Shown here: piece by piece, positions 16,599 through 25,765 of the stretch | How the letters are laid out: every line of letters begins with the position of its first letter | Position numbering within the stretch: the stretch's first letter is position 1 | Origin: Bacilli bacterium | GTDB lineage: Bacteria > Bacillota_I > Bacilli_A > RFN20 > CAG-826 | Assembly (NCBI GenBank): GCA_024695235.1 | Contig: JAILIP010000006.1 | Coordinates: 7,378 to 71,377 of the forward strand | DNA: 64,000 nucleotides | Direction of reading: 5' to 3' | Made by a program: the position numbers and the translations under genes | Notes under the pieces: generated by a model | Told to the model about the DNA's origin: nothing | What the model saw: only the letters and a program-made list of their open reading frames with translations | Database searches by the model: none

Positions 16599-19500
16599 AT
16601 GTTGTTAAAAAATGTTGTTAAAAAATTATTAGTCGCATCACTATTTGTATCTACTCTTAGTGTTGCAGGTATTGCTATTCATAGCCATGCTAATCCTAAT
16701 GAGGTAGTTAAAGCATCTGCTTTAGCAGATAACTACTGGAAAAGTATCACCGATACAGGTGATGGTGATACCCTCATGTCTGATTTAAATAGTAAGATTT
16801 CCGTTGCTACTACTATTAGCTATGGAGGCCTATGGGATGCATATAAAACATCCGATATCGTTCCAGGTACTACAAATAAGATTTGGGATATGTATGGAGG
16901 ATTCTCTTTTACAGTTACCTCTAACCAATGTGGTTCATATAAAAAAGAGGGTGACTGTTATAATAGAGAACACTCTGTCCCTAAGTCATGGTTCGGTGAA
17001 TCCACCCCTGCTTATTCAGATTTAGTACATCTTGTTCCAACGGATGGAAAGATAAATGGTATGCGTGGCAATCAACCTTTTGGTGAGGTTGCTACAGCTT
17101 CATATACATATAGCTTCGGTGAAAGAAAAGATGGAAATGGTGATGTATATCAAAAAGCAGGGAAAAGCCAATTAGGCACTGCAAAGAATATCAATGGTGT
17201 CACTGCTCCATCTGTGAAGGTTTTCGAGCCAGATGACCAATATAAAGGCGATTTTGCAAGAATTTATTTTTATTTCGCAACTAGATATCAAGGTTGGGCT
17301 ACATCTACTGATAATGGTAAATATATGTTCAACACTTCGTTCCCATATATGACAAACTATGGCTTAGCCCTTATGAGGAAGTGGCACGCTCAAGATCCTG
17401 TATCTCAAAAAGAGATTGATCGTAATGATGCAATCGAATCTCTTCAAGGAAATAGAAACCCATACGTTGATCATCCAGAATGGGCAAACACTATTTTTGG
17501 AAGTAATTATGATGCATCTGGTTCTAATGAACCATCATTAAAGGTTGCTCCAGGTGAAGCTGAGATTGGAGTTGGTGAAACATTAACTCTAACTGCTTCT
17601 CCTAAAAATATTGAAGGCACTAATTATGCATGGAATATAACTGAAGGTAGTGATGTAGTTGAAATCACATCAACAGTATCTAATATGGCAGATATCCACG
17701 CTTTAAAAGAAGGCACTGCTAAAGTTCAATGCACCTATGGTGGATATAATAGAACTGTCACTATCGTAGTAAGCGAAAATGCATCAACTGAAGTTGATCC
17801 ACCAGAGGATGATGGAACAATCGAAATAACTAAAGATAACTTTGTTAGTGCCTATCCATCAGGAGAAGCGACATTCTCACATGCTGCTACTGGTGTAGTA
17901 TTCGGTTACGAAGAAGTTGCTAACTACAACCCAATTCAATTTAGAGCATACGAAGGTGTTTTCTATAATAAGACAACACTCGGACAAATCGTCAGTATTC
18001 ATGTTGAGCAATATAGCACTTACAGTTATTCAAATTTAAGAATTGGTTTTGGAAACACTCCAGTTGATGCGATGAATAATGCTGATACTGAGACATATTC
18101 TCAACCAGCAAGCACCACTGCCATCAGCGGTTCTATGATGCCATATTTCTGCATCAAAAATTCTAGCAGCGCAACACGTATTACAAAGATAATTATTGTC
18201 TACGACAATACATTTGTTAATGAAGACTCTTTAGCATTCGGCAACAAGAACATTACAGTTCGCTCTGCAGAAACTGAAGAATTGTTAGTTGCATCAACTA
18301 GACCAATTACATCATGGACTAGTAGTGACACAACATTAGCTATAGTTGATAATGACGGCACGCTTCATGCTTTAAAAGTTGGTGAAGTTGTTATCACAGC
18401 AAGTGATGGAACACTATTTGATACATGCTCCGTCACCATAATTAAAGGTGATGTTGTTATCACAGGTTTATCGCTCAATGAATCAACTCTTGATTTTGAT
18501 TTAAAAAATGAAACAAAAACTGCTCAACTAGAAGCAATATTTGAAGGCCAAAATGTCTTCGATGAAACTGTTACATGGTCAAGCAATAATGATGCTGTTG
18601 CTACTATTAGTAGCACAGGACTAGTGACTGCTGTTAGTGTTGGTAAAACTGTTATCACTGCTACATCAGATACAGATAACTCATTTAAAGCAAGTTGTGT
18701 TGTGAGTGTTATTAATACTGGCTCTGAAGGTGACTGGGAAGTTAGTTCTGTTGCCTATAGAAGTGCATATTTTGGAAACGGATATGATGAAACAAGCAAT
18801 TCTTCATACACTACAACATGGTATTCAACAAATGCAGAGGAAGATTTCCAATATGAAATCAAATACGGGAACACAAACAGTAAGAGTTGGAATTACGTTA
18901 TGTTTGGGCCAAAAAATACAACATCGACCGGACACGTAAAAACAACTTCTGCAATAGATAAACCGATTGGAAGAGTGGCTATTAACATTAATTCAATTAC
19001 GCAATATGGCACAATTGATTCATTGCAATTGCTAACATCAGTGTCATCAAATTTTGCAAATGCAACAACATATGATTTTGATTATTCGGATGTTGGTGAA
19101 ACAAGTGTATATATCGATGAACCGGAAGCAAATCTCTACTACAAAGTAGAAATCACATGTACATCAAACCAAGGCAGCAAAGGCAAAAACGGAATTGCAA
19201 GTTTAAGCTATGTCAAATTCTTCGATGCTCAAAGAGGCGCTGTAGTTATTAATGAAGCTGAGGAATTTGCCAATGAATTCATGGGTCTCATCACATGTGA
19301 TGAAACTGGTGTAGATAGACCAGTATTCCAAGAAGGATATGGATGGAATTATTTTGCTGAGAGATTTGATGATTTAGATCCGACCGAACAAGCTGTTCTT
19401 CATGATGCCGATCCAATTGAAAATAGTAGTGATATTATTGAACAAGCCATGTATAGATATGAATATATCATTGCTAAATATGGCATATCTTCATATCCAA

Positions 19501-19658
19501 ACTTCATTAATAGAAATCTAACAATAAGTGTTTCGTCAAATACATTGTTTAAGACTATTTCTAGTGAGAACACCACCGCCATTATTGTTATTATTGCATT
19601 AGTAGGTGTAACATCAATTGGCACAGTGTTAACGCTCCGTCGAAAGAAAGAAAATTAA
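16599..19658 (+). CDS. Surface-anchored EndA/NucM-family nuclease fusion protein, 1019 aa
   Basis: Signal peptide. Motifs CYNREHSVPKSWF, PTDGKINGMRGNQPFGEV, GDFARIYFY, QGNRNPYVDHPE. At least three Big_2-like domains. C-terminal module (IIEQAMYRYEYIIAKYG), a TM helix, and tail RRKKEN. Confidence 0.85.
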   Translation: MLLKNVVKKLLVASLFVSTLSVAGIAIHSHANPNEVVKASALADNYWKSITDTGDGDTLMSDLNSKISVATTISYGGLWDAYKTSDIVPGTTNKIWDMYGGFSFTVTSNQCGSYKKEGDCYNREHSVPKSWFGESTPAYSDLVHLVPTDGKINGMRGNQPFGEVATASYTYSFGERKDGNGDVYQKAGKSQLGTAKNINGVTAPSVKVFEPDDQYKGDFARIYFYFATRYQGWATSTDNGKYMFNTSFPYMTNYGLALMRKWHAQDPVSQKEIDRNDAIESLQGNRNPYVDHPEWANTIFGSNYDASGSNEPSLKVAPGEAEIGVGETLTLTASPKNIEGTNYAWNITEGSDVVEITSTVSNMADIHALKEGTAKVQCTYGGYNRTVTIVVSENASTEVDPPEDDGTIEITKDNFVSAYPSGEATFSHAATGVVFGYEEVANYNPIQFRAYEGVFYNKTTLGQIVSIHVEQYSTYSYSNLRIGFGNTPVDAMNNADTETYSQPASTTAISGSMMPYFCIKNSSSATRITKIIIVYDNTFVNEDSLAFGNKNITVRSAETEELLVASTRPITSWTSSDTTLAIVDNDGTLHALKVGEVVITASDGTLFDTCSVTIIKGDVVITGLSLNESTLDFDLKNETKTAQLEAIFEGQNVFDETVTWSSNNDAVATISSTGLVTAVSVGKTVITATSDTDNSFKASCVVSVINTGSEGDWEVSSVAYRSAYFGNGYDETSNSSYTTTWYSTNAEEDFQYEIKYGNTNSKSWNYVMFGPKNTTSTGHVKTTSAIDKPIGRVAININSITQYGTIDSLQLLTSVSSNFANATTYDFDYSDVGETSVYIDEPEANLYYKVEITCTSNQGSKGKNGIASLSYVKFFDAQRGAVVINEAEEFANEFMGLITCDETGVDRPVFQEGYGWNYFAERFDDLDPTEQAVLHDADPIENSSDIIEQAMYRYEYIIAKYGISSYPNFINRNLTISVSSNTLFKTISSENTTAIIVIIALVGVTSIGTVLTLRRKKEN

Positions 19659-19671
19659 TCAAATACAATAA

Positions 19672-19697
19672 AATGCAGTTTATTCTGCATTTTTTTA
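19672..19697 (+). terminator. Intrinsic terminator after nuclease gene 2
   Basis: Stem AAATGCAG / CTGCATTT followed by a T-run. Confidence 0.7.
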
Positions 19698-19796
19698 TTA
19701 TATTCGATAGAATCGATACTTTTTTGATATCGCCAACAAAACAAACATTATTAATGTTATACTATATGTACAAATTGTATTTATAGGTAGTTTCTT

Positions 19797-22700
19797 ATGA
19801 AAAAGTGTTCTAAATTATTAATCGCTGCCGGACTTACATTCGCGGTAGCATTTTCCTCGATTGTTTCAATTGCTTCAACCAAAAAAGAAGTTATTGAGAC
19901 GGAAGCATACACGAATGGTGATGCTGCAACATATTACTCCAGCATCGGAAGTAAGACTGGTAGTGAATTATTAAGTGCACTTCAAGGCTTAAACTCAACG
20001 AAACTACAACATAGAATTGGCTATAGCAATATGCCATCATATTTCACTACTACAGATCCTGGCACAAGCAGTGGTGAAGTTTCTGGCTTTTATAGCGGAA
20101 CATCCAAAACATATAGCGGAAATATGAATAAAGAACACGTTTGGCCAGCAAGTAGAACGGTATTAGGAAGAGACAAAGATCCTCTTGAAGATGATATGCA
20201 TATGGTTCGCCCAACAATCACTAATGAAAACGGCAGTAGAGGCAATTCATTCTTTGTTCAAGGAAAGAAAAGCTCAACAGATGGTTGGGATCCTGCAATG
20301 GAGAGTTTTGGCGATGCCACATATCGTGGAGATGCTGCAAGAATTATCTTTTACTGCGTAGCAGCTGATTCACAATTGTCTTTAGTCGATGAAGAAAATG
20401 ATAGCACGTCAAACCACACCATGGGCAAACTATCAGATATGCTCCAATGGAATATCACGTATGCTGTAAACAATAGAGAAAAAGTTAGAAATGAAGCTGT
20501 TGAAGAACTTCAAGGTAATAGAAACCCATTTATTGATCACCCAGAATACGCATGTAGAATTTGGGGAAATACTAACGATACCACAAAAGAAATTTGTTCA
20601 CATGATACATCTGGCACAGCACCTACAAGCTTAACACTCAACGTAACTTCAACATCCTTAGGTTATGGTAGAACTCTTCAACTAAGTGTCACACCAACAC
20701 CTAGCACGGCCAGCGGTGCTGTTTCTTGGAGTGCAAGTAACTCTAAAGTAAGTGTAGATGCTAATGGTTTAGTCACAGCTGGTACAGAATCAGGATATGT
20801 TCAAATTACTGCTACTTCATCTTTAGATAATTCGGTTACTGCAACATGTCAAATCTATGTAACTGAGCCAGATCCTGTAGCGATGACAGGTGTTTCTCAT
20901 AGCAGTGTTTCAGTTGGTTTAAACAAAACAGTTACGTTATCGCCAACAGTTTCACCATCTGATGCATATCCTTTACCTAGCTATACTTATCAAAGCAATA
21001 ACACTTCAATTGCTACCGTTTCTAACGGAGGTGTTGTAACAGGTAAAGCAGGTGGCTCAACCACAATTACAATTACCGCAACGCAAGGATCAATTACTAA
21101 AACATGCAATGTTTCTGTCACTGTCACAACAGAACCTGTTGTTGTTACTGATATGTCTCAATTATCAAATGACGACACAGTAATTGTTAAAACAGATTCA
21201 GGAACTGGCGTTACTGGTTGGAATAATAATAAAGACGCAACAGTTTCTACTACGTCATCCGAATGGAAAGAATTTGTTGTAAAAGATAAAACAAGTAGTG
21301 GCTTTAAACTATATGATTCCACTGCCAGCCAATATATCGCTGCTCCAGGTGGTAATGAATTTAAATATGGCTCAACAGGCGGAACATGTTCAGTCGATTC
21401 TTCTGGACACTTGATGTGTAGCAATAGATATCTTTGTGTTAATGGAACTAACTATCGATTCTATACGGCAATTGGAAGCTACAGACCATTCTATGTATAT
21501 ACAACTGGTGGTTCATCAACACCTGCAAGAACTTTAGAAGCTATTGTTATAAGTGGCACACTTACAAATACTCAATATGCTGGTTTTGCATTCGATCCAA
21601 CTGGTTTAATAGTCACTGCTTGCTATGATGATGAGTCTGATGAGGATGTTACAAATCAAGTAACATGGTCGCCATCAACATTAACTGCTTCCACCACATC
21701 TGTTACTGCCAGCTATGAGGGAGAAAGCGATAGCATCAACATCACTGTTGTTACACCAACCCTAACAGGCATTTCTACAACTGGGCAAACGACTGCATAC
21801 ACTATCGGAGATACATTCTCATATGATGGAATATGTACCGCTACATATGATAATGGCTCTCAAAAAACAGTTACTCCAACAGTTGATTCTAGTGGAGTTA
21901 ACATGAGCGCTGCGGGCACATATACTGTTTCACTATCATATAGCGAAAATGACGTGACAAAGACTACTTCTTACAGTATTACTGTAAGTGAGACTCCATT
22001 TGTCAATTCTATCGAACAATGTTATTCAATGAGTGATGAGCAAACATTAAGCGATACTGTATATGGCTTATATGTCGGTTCATTTGATGGACATAACCCA
22101 GTTATTATGAATGGTGAGTTCGGAATATTGTTATTTACAACAAGTTCAGCAACTCTTCCAAGTTGGACTATAAATGAAACATATGTCAAGGTTACTGCTG
22201 GTAAAATTGATATCTTTAACAATTTATACGAAATTAAAAATTACACCGCTTCCACTGCTTCTAGTAGTGAAGCTCAAGCAAATGTATTACCAGTTTCAAC
22301 TTATTCTGTAACCGGAAATGAAAGTGTAAGTGATTTAACAATCGCTAGTAGATTATGTCTTGTTACAGGTACTGTAAAAACAGCATATAACAAAGGAAAT
22401 GCTACATTGACAGTCAATTCAAAAGATGTTGTAGTCTATGTTAAATCCGATTATCAATCAGCGTTAAGTGGTGTTTTAGGAACAGTAGGTAATCAAGTTA
22501 CATTAAAAGGTTTCACAACATTCTACACATCATTCCAAGTAAATGTCTTTGAAAGTATTGGCGTTATTGAATCATATACCGCTGAGGACTTTGCTGAAGA
22601 CTTGATGAGTATGACAAACACCATTTGTGCTACAAGCACCAATAAGAATTCTGATCTTTCACCTGTGTGGGTAACATTAGAAATGGAAAAATATTCCACT

Positions 22701-22973
22701 CTTCTAGATAGTGAAAGGACCACTCTTAAAGATGTAGTTGCTTCTAATAGTGGTACTGCTATTCAAATTGCTATGGCAAGATACGATTTTATCGTAACTC
22801 ATTACTCATCATGCAATGATTTCATTCAACGTAATCCATCACTTCAAGTGAATAATGGCTTCCTAAAATCTATTGATAATAGCACTACTATCACAATTAT
22901 TGTTGTGCTAAGCACCATTTCATTAACAGCTATCGGTGGATTTGTGTTCTTGAGAAAACGCAAAGAAAACTAA
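19797..22973 (+). CDS. Surface-anchored EndA/NucM-family nuclease fusion protein, 1058 aa
   Basis: Signal peptide. Motifs NKEHVWPAS, ENGSRGNSFF, GDAARIIFY, QGNRNPFIDHPE. Two Big_2-like and two GDxF..G(L/I) Ig-like repeats. C-terminal module (IQIAMARYDFIVTHY), a TM helix, and tail RKRKEN. Confidence 0.85.
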   Translation: MKKCSKLLIAAGLTFAVAFSSIVSIASTKKEVIETEAYTNGDAATYYSSIGSKTGSELLSALQGLNSTKLQHRIGYSNMPSYFTTTDPGTSSGEVSGFYSGTSKTYSGNMNKEHVWPASRTVLGRDKDPLEDDMHMVRPTITNENGSRGNSFFVQGKKSSTDGWDPAMESFGDATYRGDAARIIFYCVAADSQLSLVDEENDSTSNHTMGKLSDMLQWNITYAVNNREKVRNEAVEELQGNRNPFIDHPEYACRIWGNTNDTTKEICSHDTSGTAPTSLTLNVTSTSLGYGRTLQLSVTPTPSTASGAVSWSASNSKVSVDANGLVTAGTESGYVQITATSSLDNSVTATCQIYVTEPDPVAMTGVSHSSVSVGLNKTVTLSPTVSPSDAYPLPSYTYQSNNTSIATVSNGGVVTGKAGGSTTITITATQGSITKTCNVSVTVTTEPVVVTDMSQLSNDDTVIVKTDSGTGVTGWNNNKDATVSTTSSEWKEFVVKDKTSSGFKLYDSTASQYIAAPGGNEFKYGSTGGTCSVDSSGHLMCSNRYLCVNGTNYRFYTAIGSYRPFYVYTTGGSSTPARTLEAIVISGTLTNTQYAGFAFDPTGLIVTACYDDESDEDVTNQVTWSPSTLTASTTSVTASYEGESDSINITVVTPTLTGISTTGQTTAYTIGDTFSYDGICTATYDNGSQKTVTPTVDSSGVNMSAAGTYTVSLSYSENDVTKTTSYSITVSETPFVNSIEQCYSMSDEQTLSDTVYGLYVGSFDGHNPVIMNGEFGILLFTTSSATLPSWTINETYVKVTAGKIDIFNNLYEIKNYTASTASSSEAQANVLPVSTYSVTGNESVSDLTIASRLCLVTGTVKTAYNKGNATLTVNSKDVVVYVKSDYQSALSGVLGTVGNQVTLKGFTTFYTSFQVNVFESIGVIESYTAEDFAEDLMSMTNTICATSTNKNSDLSPVWVTLEMEKYSTLLDSERTTLKDVVASNSGTAIQIAMARYDFIVTHYSSCNDFIQRNPSLQVNNGFLKSIDNSTTITIIVVLSTISLTAIGGFVFLRKRKEN

Positions 22974-22987
22974 TTGTTCTTTACATA

Positions 22988-23019
22988 AAGAAAGGTAGTC
23001 ATTGCTGGCTACCTTTTCA
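22988..23019. terminator. Bidirectional terminator between nuclease gene 3 and pepP
   Basis: An ~11-bp stem (AAAGGTAGTCA / TGGCTACCTTT) flanked by A-rich and T-rich runs, between convergent genes. Confidence 0.7.
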
Positions 23020-23021
23020 AT

Positions 23022-24284
23022 TTATTTAGAGATTAGAAGTCTTTCAATATCCTTAACTTCTTTAATGATGTCTTTTGAAAGAACTTCACTTCCACTTTCG
23101 GTGATAAGAACATCATCTTCAATTCTCACACCGATACCGAATTCTTTGAAGTATAAGCCTGGTTCACAAGTAACGACATTGCCTGGTTTAAGCGGCATTT
23201 CTTTTGTTTCCACTGGGCCATCATGTGTATCAAGTCCAAGATGGTGGGAGACACCATGATAATAGACCTTGTCTATTTCGGCTTTACTTTCTAACAAGCC
23301 TTGAGCAACACATTCTTCAGCAAGATAGTTCTTAGCGAACTCTTGAGCTTCTTTTAATGTGATACCTGGTTTCATGAACGAAGCGGTTTGTTTGTTACAT
23401 TCAAGAACAATGCTGTAAATCTTCTTTTGAAGATCAGAGAACTTACCACTTATTGGATATGTACGAGATATATCGGCTGAGTAGTAGTCTTTTCTTGCTC
23501 CAACATCTAATAGAATTAGATCATTAGCGTGTAAGATATCTTTTGCATCTGGATAGTGAAGAATGGTTGCATTCTTTCCTCCAGCGACGATGCTATCAAA
23601 TGCAAGACCACAGTTCATTTCAAAGACATTGAATTCAAAGATGTTACGCATGTTATATTCAAATCTACCTGCAGAGAGATTTCTAAGGACATTCTTTAGG
23701 CCAACATCTGTTGTGTGAATGGCTTCTTTAATTATTTCTACTTCGGCTGGTGATTTAACCATGCGGAGTTCCCACATCTTTTGATTGATGTCATCAAATT
23801 GAATATTTGGATATTTTGCTTGGAGTTCATCCTTATATTGATTTGTGGATTTACACTCTGCTATTTTGAGTTCTTTTTCTAAGTCTAGATATATTTTATA
23901 TATCTCTCCAAAGTAAGTCATATCTTTTAAACCAGCATCAAGCTTGCCATCAAGAGTGTTTCTCACAAGGACATTTTGAATGCCAGAGATTTCTCTTGCT
24001 TCATCAAGTGAGAGTTTGATACCGAGCCATTTCTCAACTTTTTCATCTTTTGGATCAATGAAAAGATATGAACTATCTTCCCCATCAGCTTTAACGAGCA
24101 TTAAAGCGGAGTTTTCTTGAGAGATACCCGTAAGGTAATAAAAGTTTCTATTTGGCTCAAAAGGATAATTTGCATCACCACTTCTTTTACGGCCTTGGCC
24201 AGCAAAAAGAATGAGGATGGATCCGTTATCCATTTTCTCTAAGATATTTCTACGTCTTTGGACATATTCTTCAACTTCTATCAT
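23022..24284 (-). CDS. pepP: Xaa-Pro aminopeptidase (M24B)
   Basis: 420 aa. AMP_N-like N-terminus and M24 metal-ligand blocks (DVGARKDYYSADISRT, HGVSHHLGLDTHD, EPGLY, RIEDD). Confidence 0.88.
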   Translation of the reverse strand: MIEVEEYVQRRRNILEKMDNGSILILFAGQGRKRSGDANYPFEPNRNFYYLTGISQENSALMLVKADGEDSSYLFIDPKDEKVEKWLGIKLSLDEAREISGIQNVLVRNTLDGKLDAGLKDMTYFGEIYKIYLDLEKELKIAECKSTNQYKDELQAKYPNIQFDDINQKMWELRMVKSPAEVEIIKEAIHTTDVGLKNVLRNLSAGRFEYNMRNIFEFNVFEMNCGLAFDSIVAGGKNATILHYPDAKDILHANDLILLDVGARKDYYSADISRTYPISGKFSDLQKKIYSIVLECNKQTASFMKPGITLKEAQEFAKNYLAEECVAQGLLESKAEIDKVYYHGVSHHLGLDTHDGPVETKEMPLKPGNVVTCEPGLYFKEFGIGVRIEDDVLITESGSEVLSKDIIKEVKDIERLLISK

Positions 24285-24286
24285 AA

Positions 24287-24880
24287 CTATCTCCTATATA
24301 CTTTTTTCATTCCAATGACATCAATTTTCATGTTTGGGAAGTGGACCGGTAGTTCTTCGCCTATTGAATCATGAGCGAGAACATCGACTTTTATTTTATC
24401 TTCATACAAAACATTTTCCAAAGAAAAGTCTAATTTTCTTTCTAAATGTTTAAATTCATCAAAATCTTTGTAATCTAGTTCGCAGTGATATACATATCTA
24501 TTCTCGATTTGAAGTAGATCTGCACGAGAGATTGTTTCAACACCTGTTTCTAGATATGTAGACATCAGTCTACTTGCGCCTAGAAGCACTCCTCCGAAGT
24601 AACGGACCACCACTAAGAGGCATTCATCCATTTCCTTCTTCTCAAGGAGTTCTAATAAAGGTCTACCAGCCGTCTTTGATGGTTCGCCATCATCGAAGGC
24701 TTTCTTTTTATCTCCAAGGATATATGCATAACAGTAATGTTTTGCTTTTGGATATTCTTTTTTGATAGCCTCAAGATTTTGCTTGATGCTTTCTAAAGAA
24801 GTGACATGCACTAAAACACCAATGAATTGGCTTCTATCTTTAACAATTATTGCTTCACTTCTTTCTAATATTGTCTGCAT
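24287..24880 (-). CDS. yigZ: YigZ/IMPACT-family (UPF0029) protein
   Basis: 197 aa. Conserved block AYILGD...DDGEPSKTAGRPLL...VVVRYFGGVLLG. Confidence 0.8.
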   Translation of the reverse strand: MQTILERSEAIIVKDRSQFIGVLVHVTSLESIKQNLEAIKKEYPKAKHYCYAYILGDKKKAFDDGEPSKTAGRPLLELLEKKEMDECLLVVVRYFGGVLLGASRLMSTYLETGVETISRADLLQIENRYVYHCELDYKDFDEFKHLERKLDFSLENVLYEDKIKVDVLAHDSIGEELPVHFPNMKIDVIGMKKVYRR

Positions 24881-24928
24881 CGCATTTAATTATACCTTTT
24901 ATTTTTAAATTAGGTATAATTTCAATAT

Positions 24929-25765
24929 ATGTTTCGTAAAATCAATTGTCCTAAGTGTAATCAACCATACGATGAGATGAAGCAAAACTGCCCTCATTGT
25001 AATGAGCCTAATGAAAAGGTTCCTCAACATAAGTTTTTCGGAAACAAAGCAACTTTTGTGCCATTCTGGTTAGAAATTGTTTTATTTGCAGTTGGCTGGC
25101 TTGGTTTTCAAGTCCTTGGACTTGTGCTATCACTAGTGATTAAACTTGCTCCATGGGATGTTATCGTCAAAGAAGCAGTATTAACATTTTCTGCCTATGG
25201 ATTATTAGGTGGAATTATGATTGCTATTTCTTGCAAGCATTTAAAAGAACTGGCTTTATCGTTTAAGAAATGGCTTGTACCTGTATCTGCTATTGTCGGA
25301 TTCATCGCTATATTGACTTTCAACATGGTGTATGGATCTATCATTAAACTCATACATTTAGATATCAGTGATAACGCGAACGAAACTTCCATTAATTCGA
25401 TCACTACTGTATATCCATTATTATCTATATTAATTATTGGATTAGTTGGACCATTATGTGAGGAACTCACATATAGAGTTGGTTTTTATTCATTCTTTAG
25501 AAGAATTAACAAGTACTTAGCATATGCCCTAACGATGGTTTTCTTTGCCTTCATTCACTTTGACTTTGAGGCATTTTCTATTGGTGGAGCAACGCTTATC
25601 AATGAATTCCTTAACTTGCCATATTATTTAGCGGCAGCATTTGTCTTCACATTCCTTTATGAAAAGATCGGTTTTGGAGCGTCATTTGCTTGCCATGCGA
25701 CAAATAACTTAGCTAGTGTTCTATCAACATTGCTTCTTTCTAAAACAGCATTCATGATTCTATGA
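24929..25765 (+). CDS. CPBP-family intramembrane glutamic endopeptidase with an N-terminal zinc ribbon
   Basis: CPKC...CPHC ribbon, multiple TM helices, and CPBP motifs EELTYR, FAFIHF, HATNN. Confidence 0.8.
   Translation: MFRKINCPKCNQPYDEMKQNCPHCNEPNEKVPQHKFFGNKATFVPFWLEIVLFAVGWLGFQVLGLVLSLVIKLAPWDVIVKEAVLTFSAYGLLGGIMIAISCKHLKELALSFKKWLVPVSAIVGFIAILTFNMVYGSIIKLIHLDISDNANETSINSITTVYPLLSILIIGLVGPLCEELTYRVGFYSFFRRINKYLAYALTMVFFAFIHFDFEAFSIGGATLINEFLNLPYYLAAAFVFTFLYEKIGFGASFACHATNNLASVLSTLLLSKTAFMIL

Noticed and set aside
13025-22723. Many 60-130-aa ORFs on both strands inside the three nuclease genes
   Set aside because: These are shadow frames of long, motif-rich ORFs. There are no start signals and no recognisable motifs.
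12835-22973. Searched the three surface proteins for LPXTG-type sortase motifs, lipoboxes and choline-, LysM- or SLH-type wall-binding repeats
   Set aside because: None was found. Anchoring appears to rely on the C-terminal TM helix, as reported in the findings.
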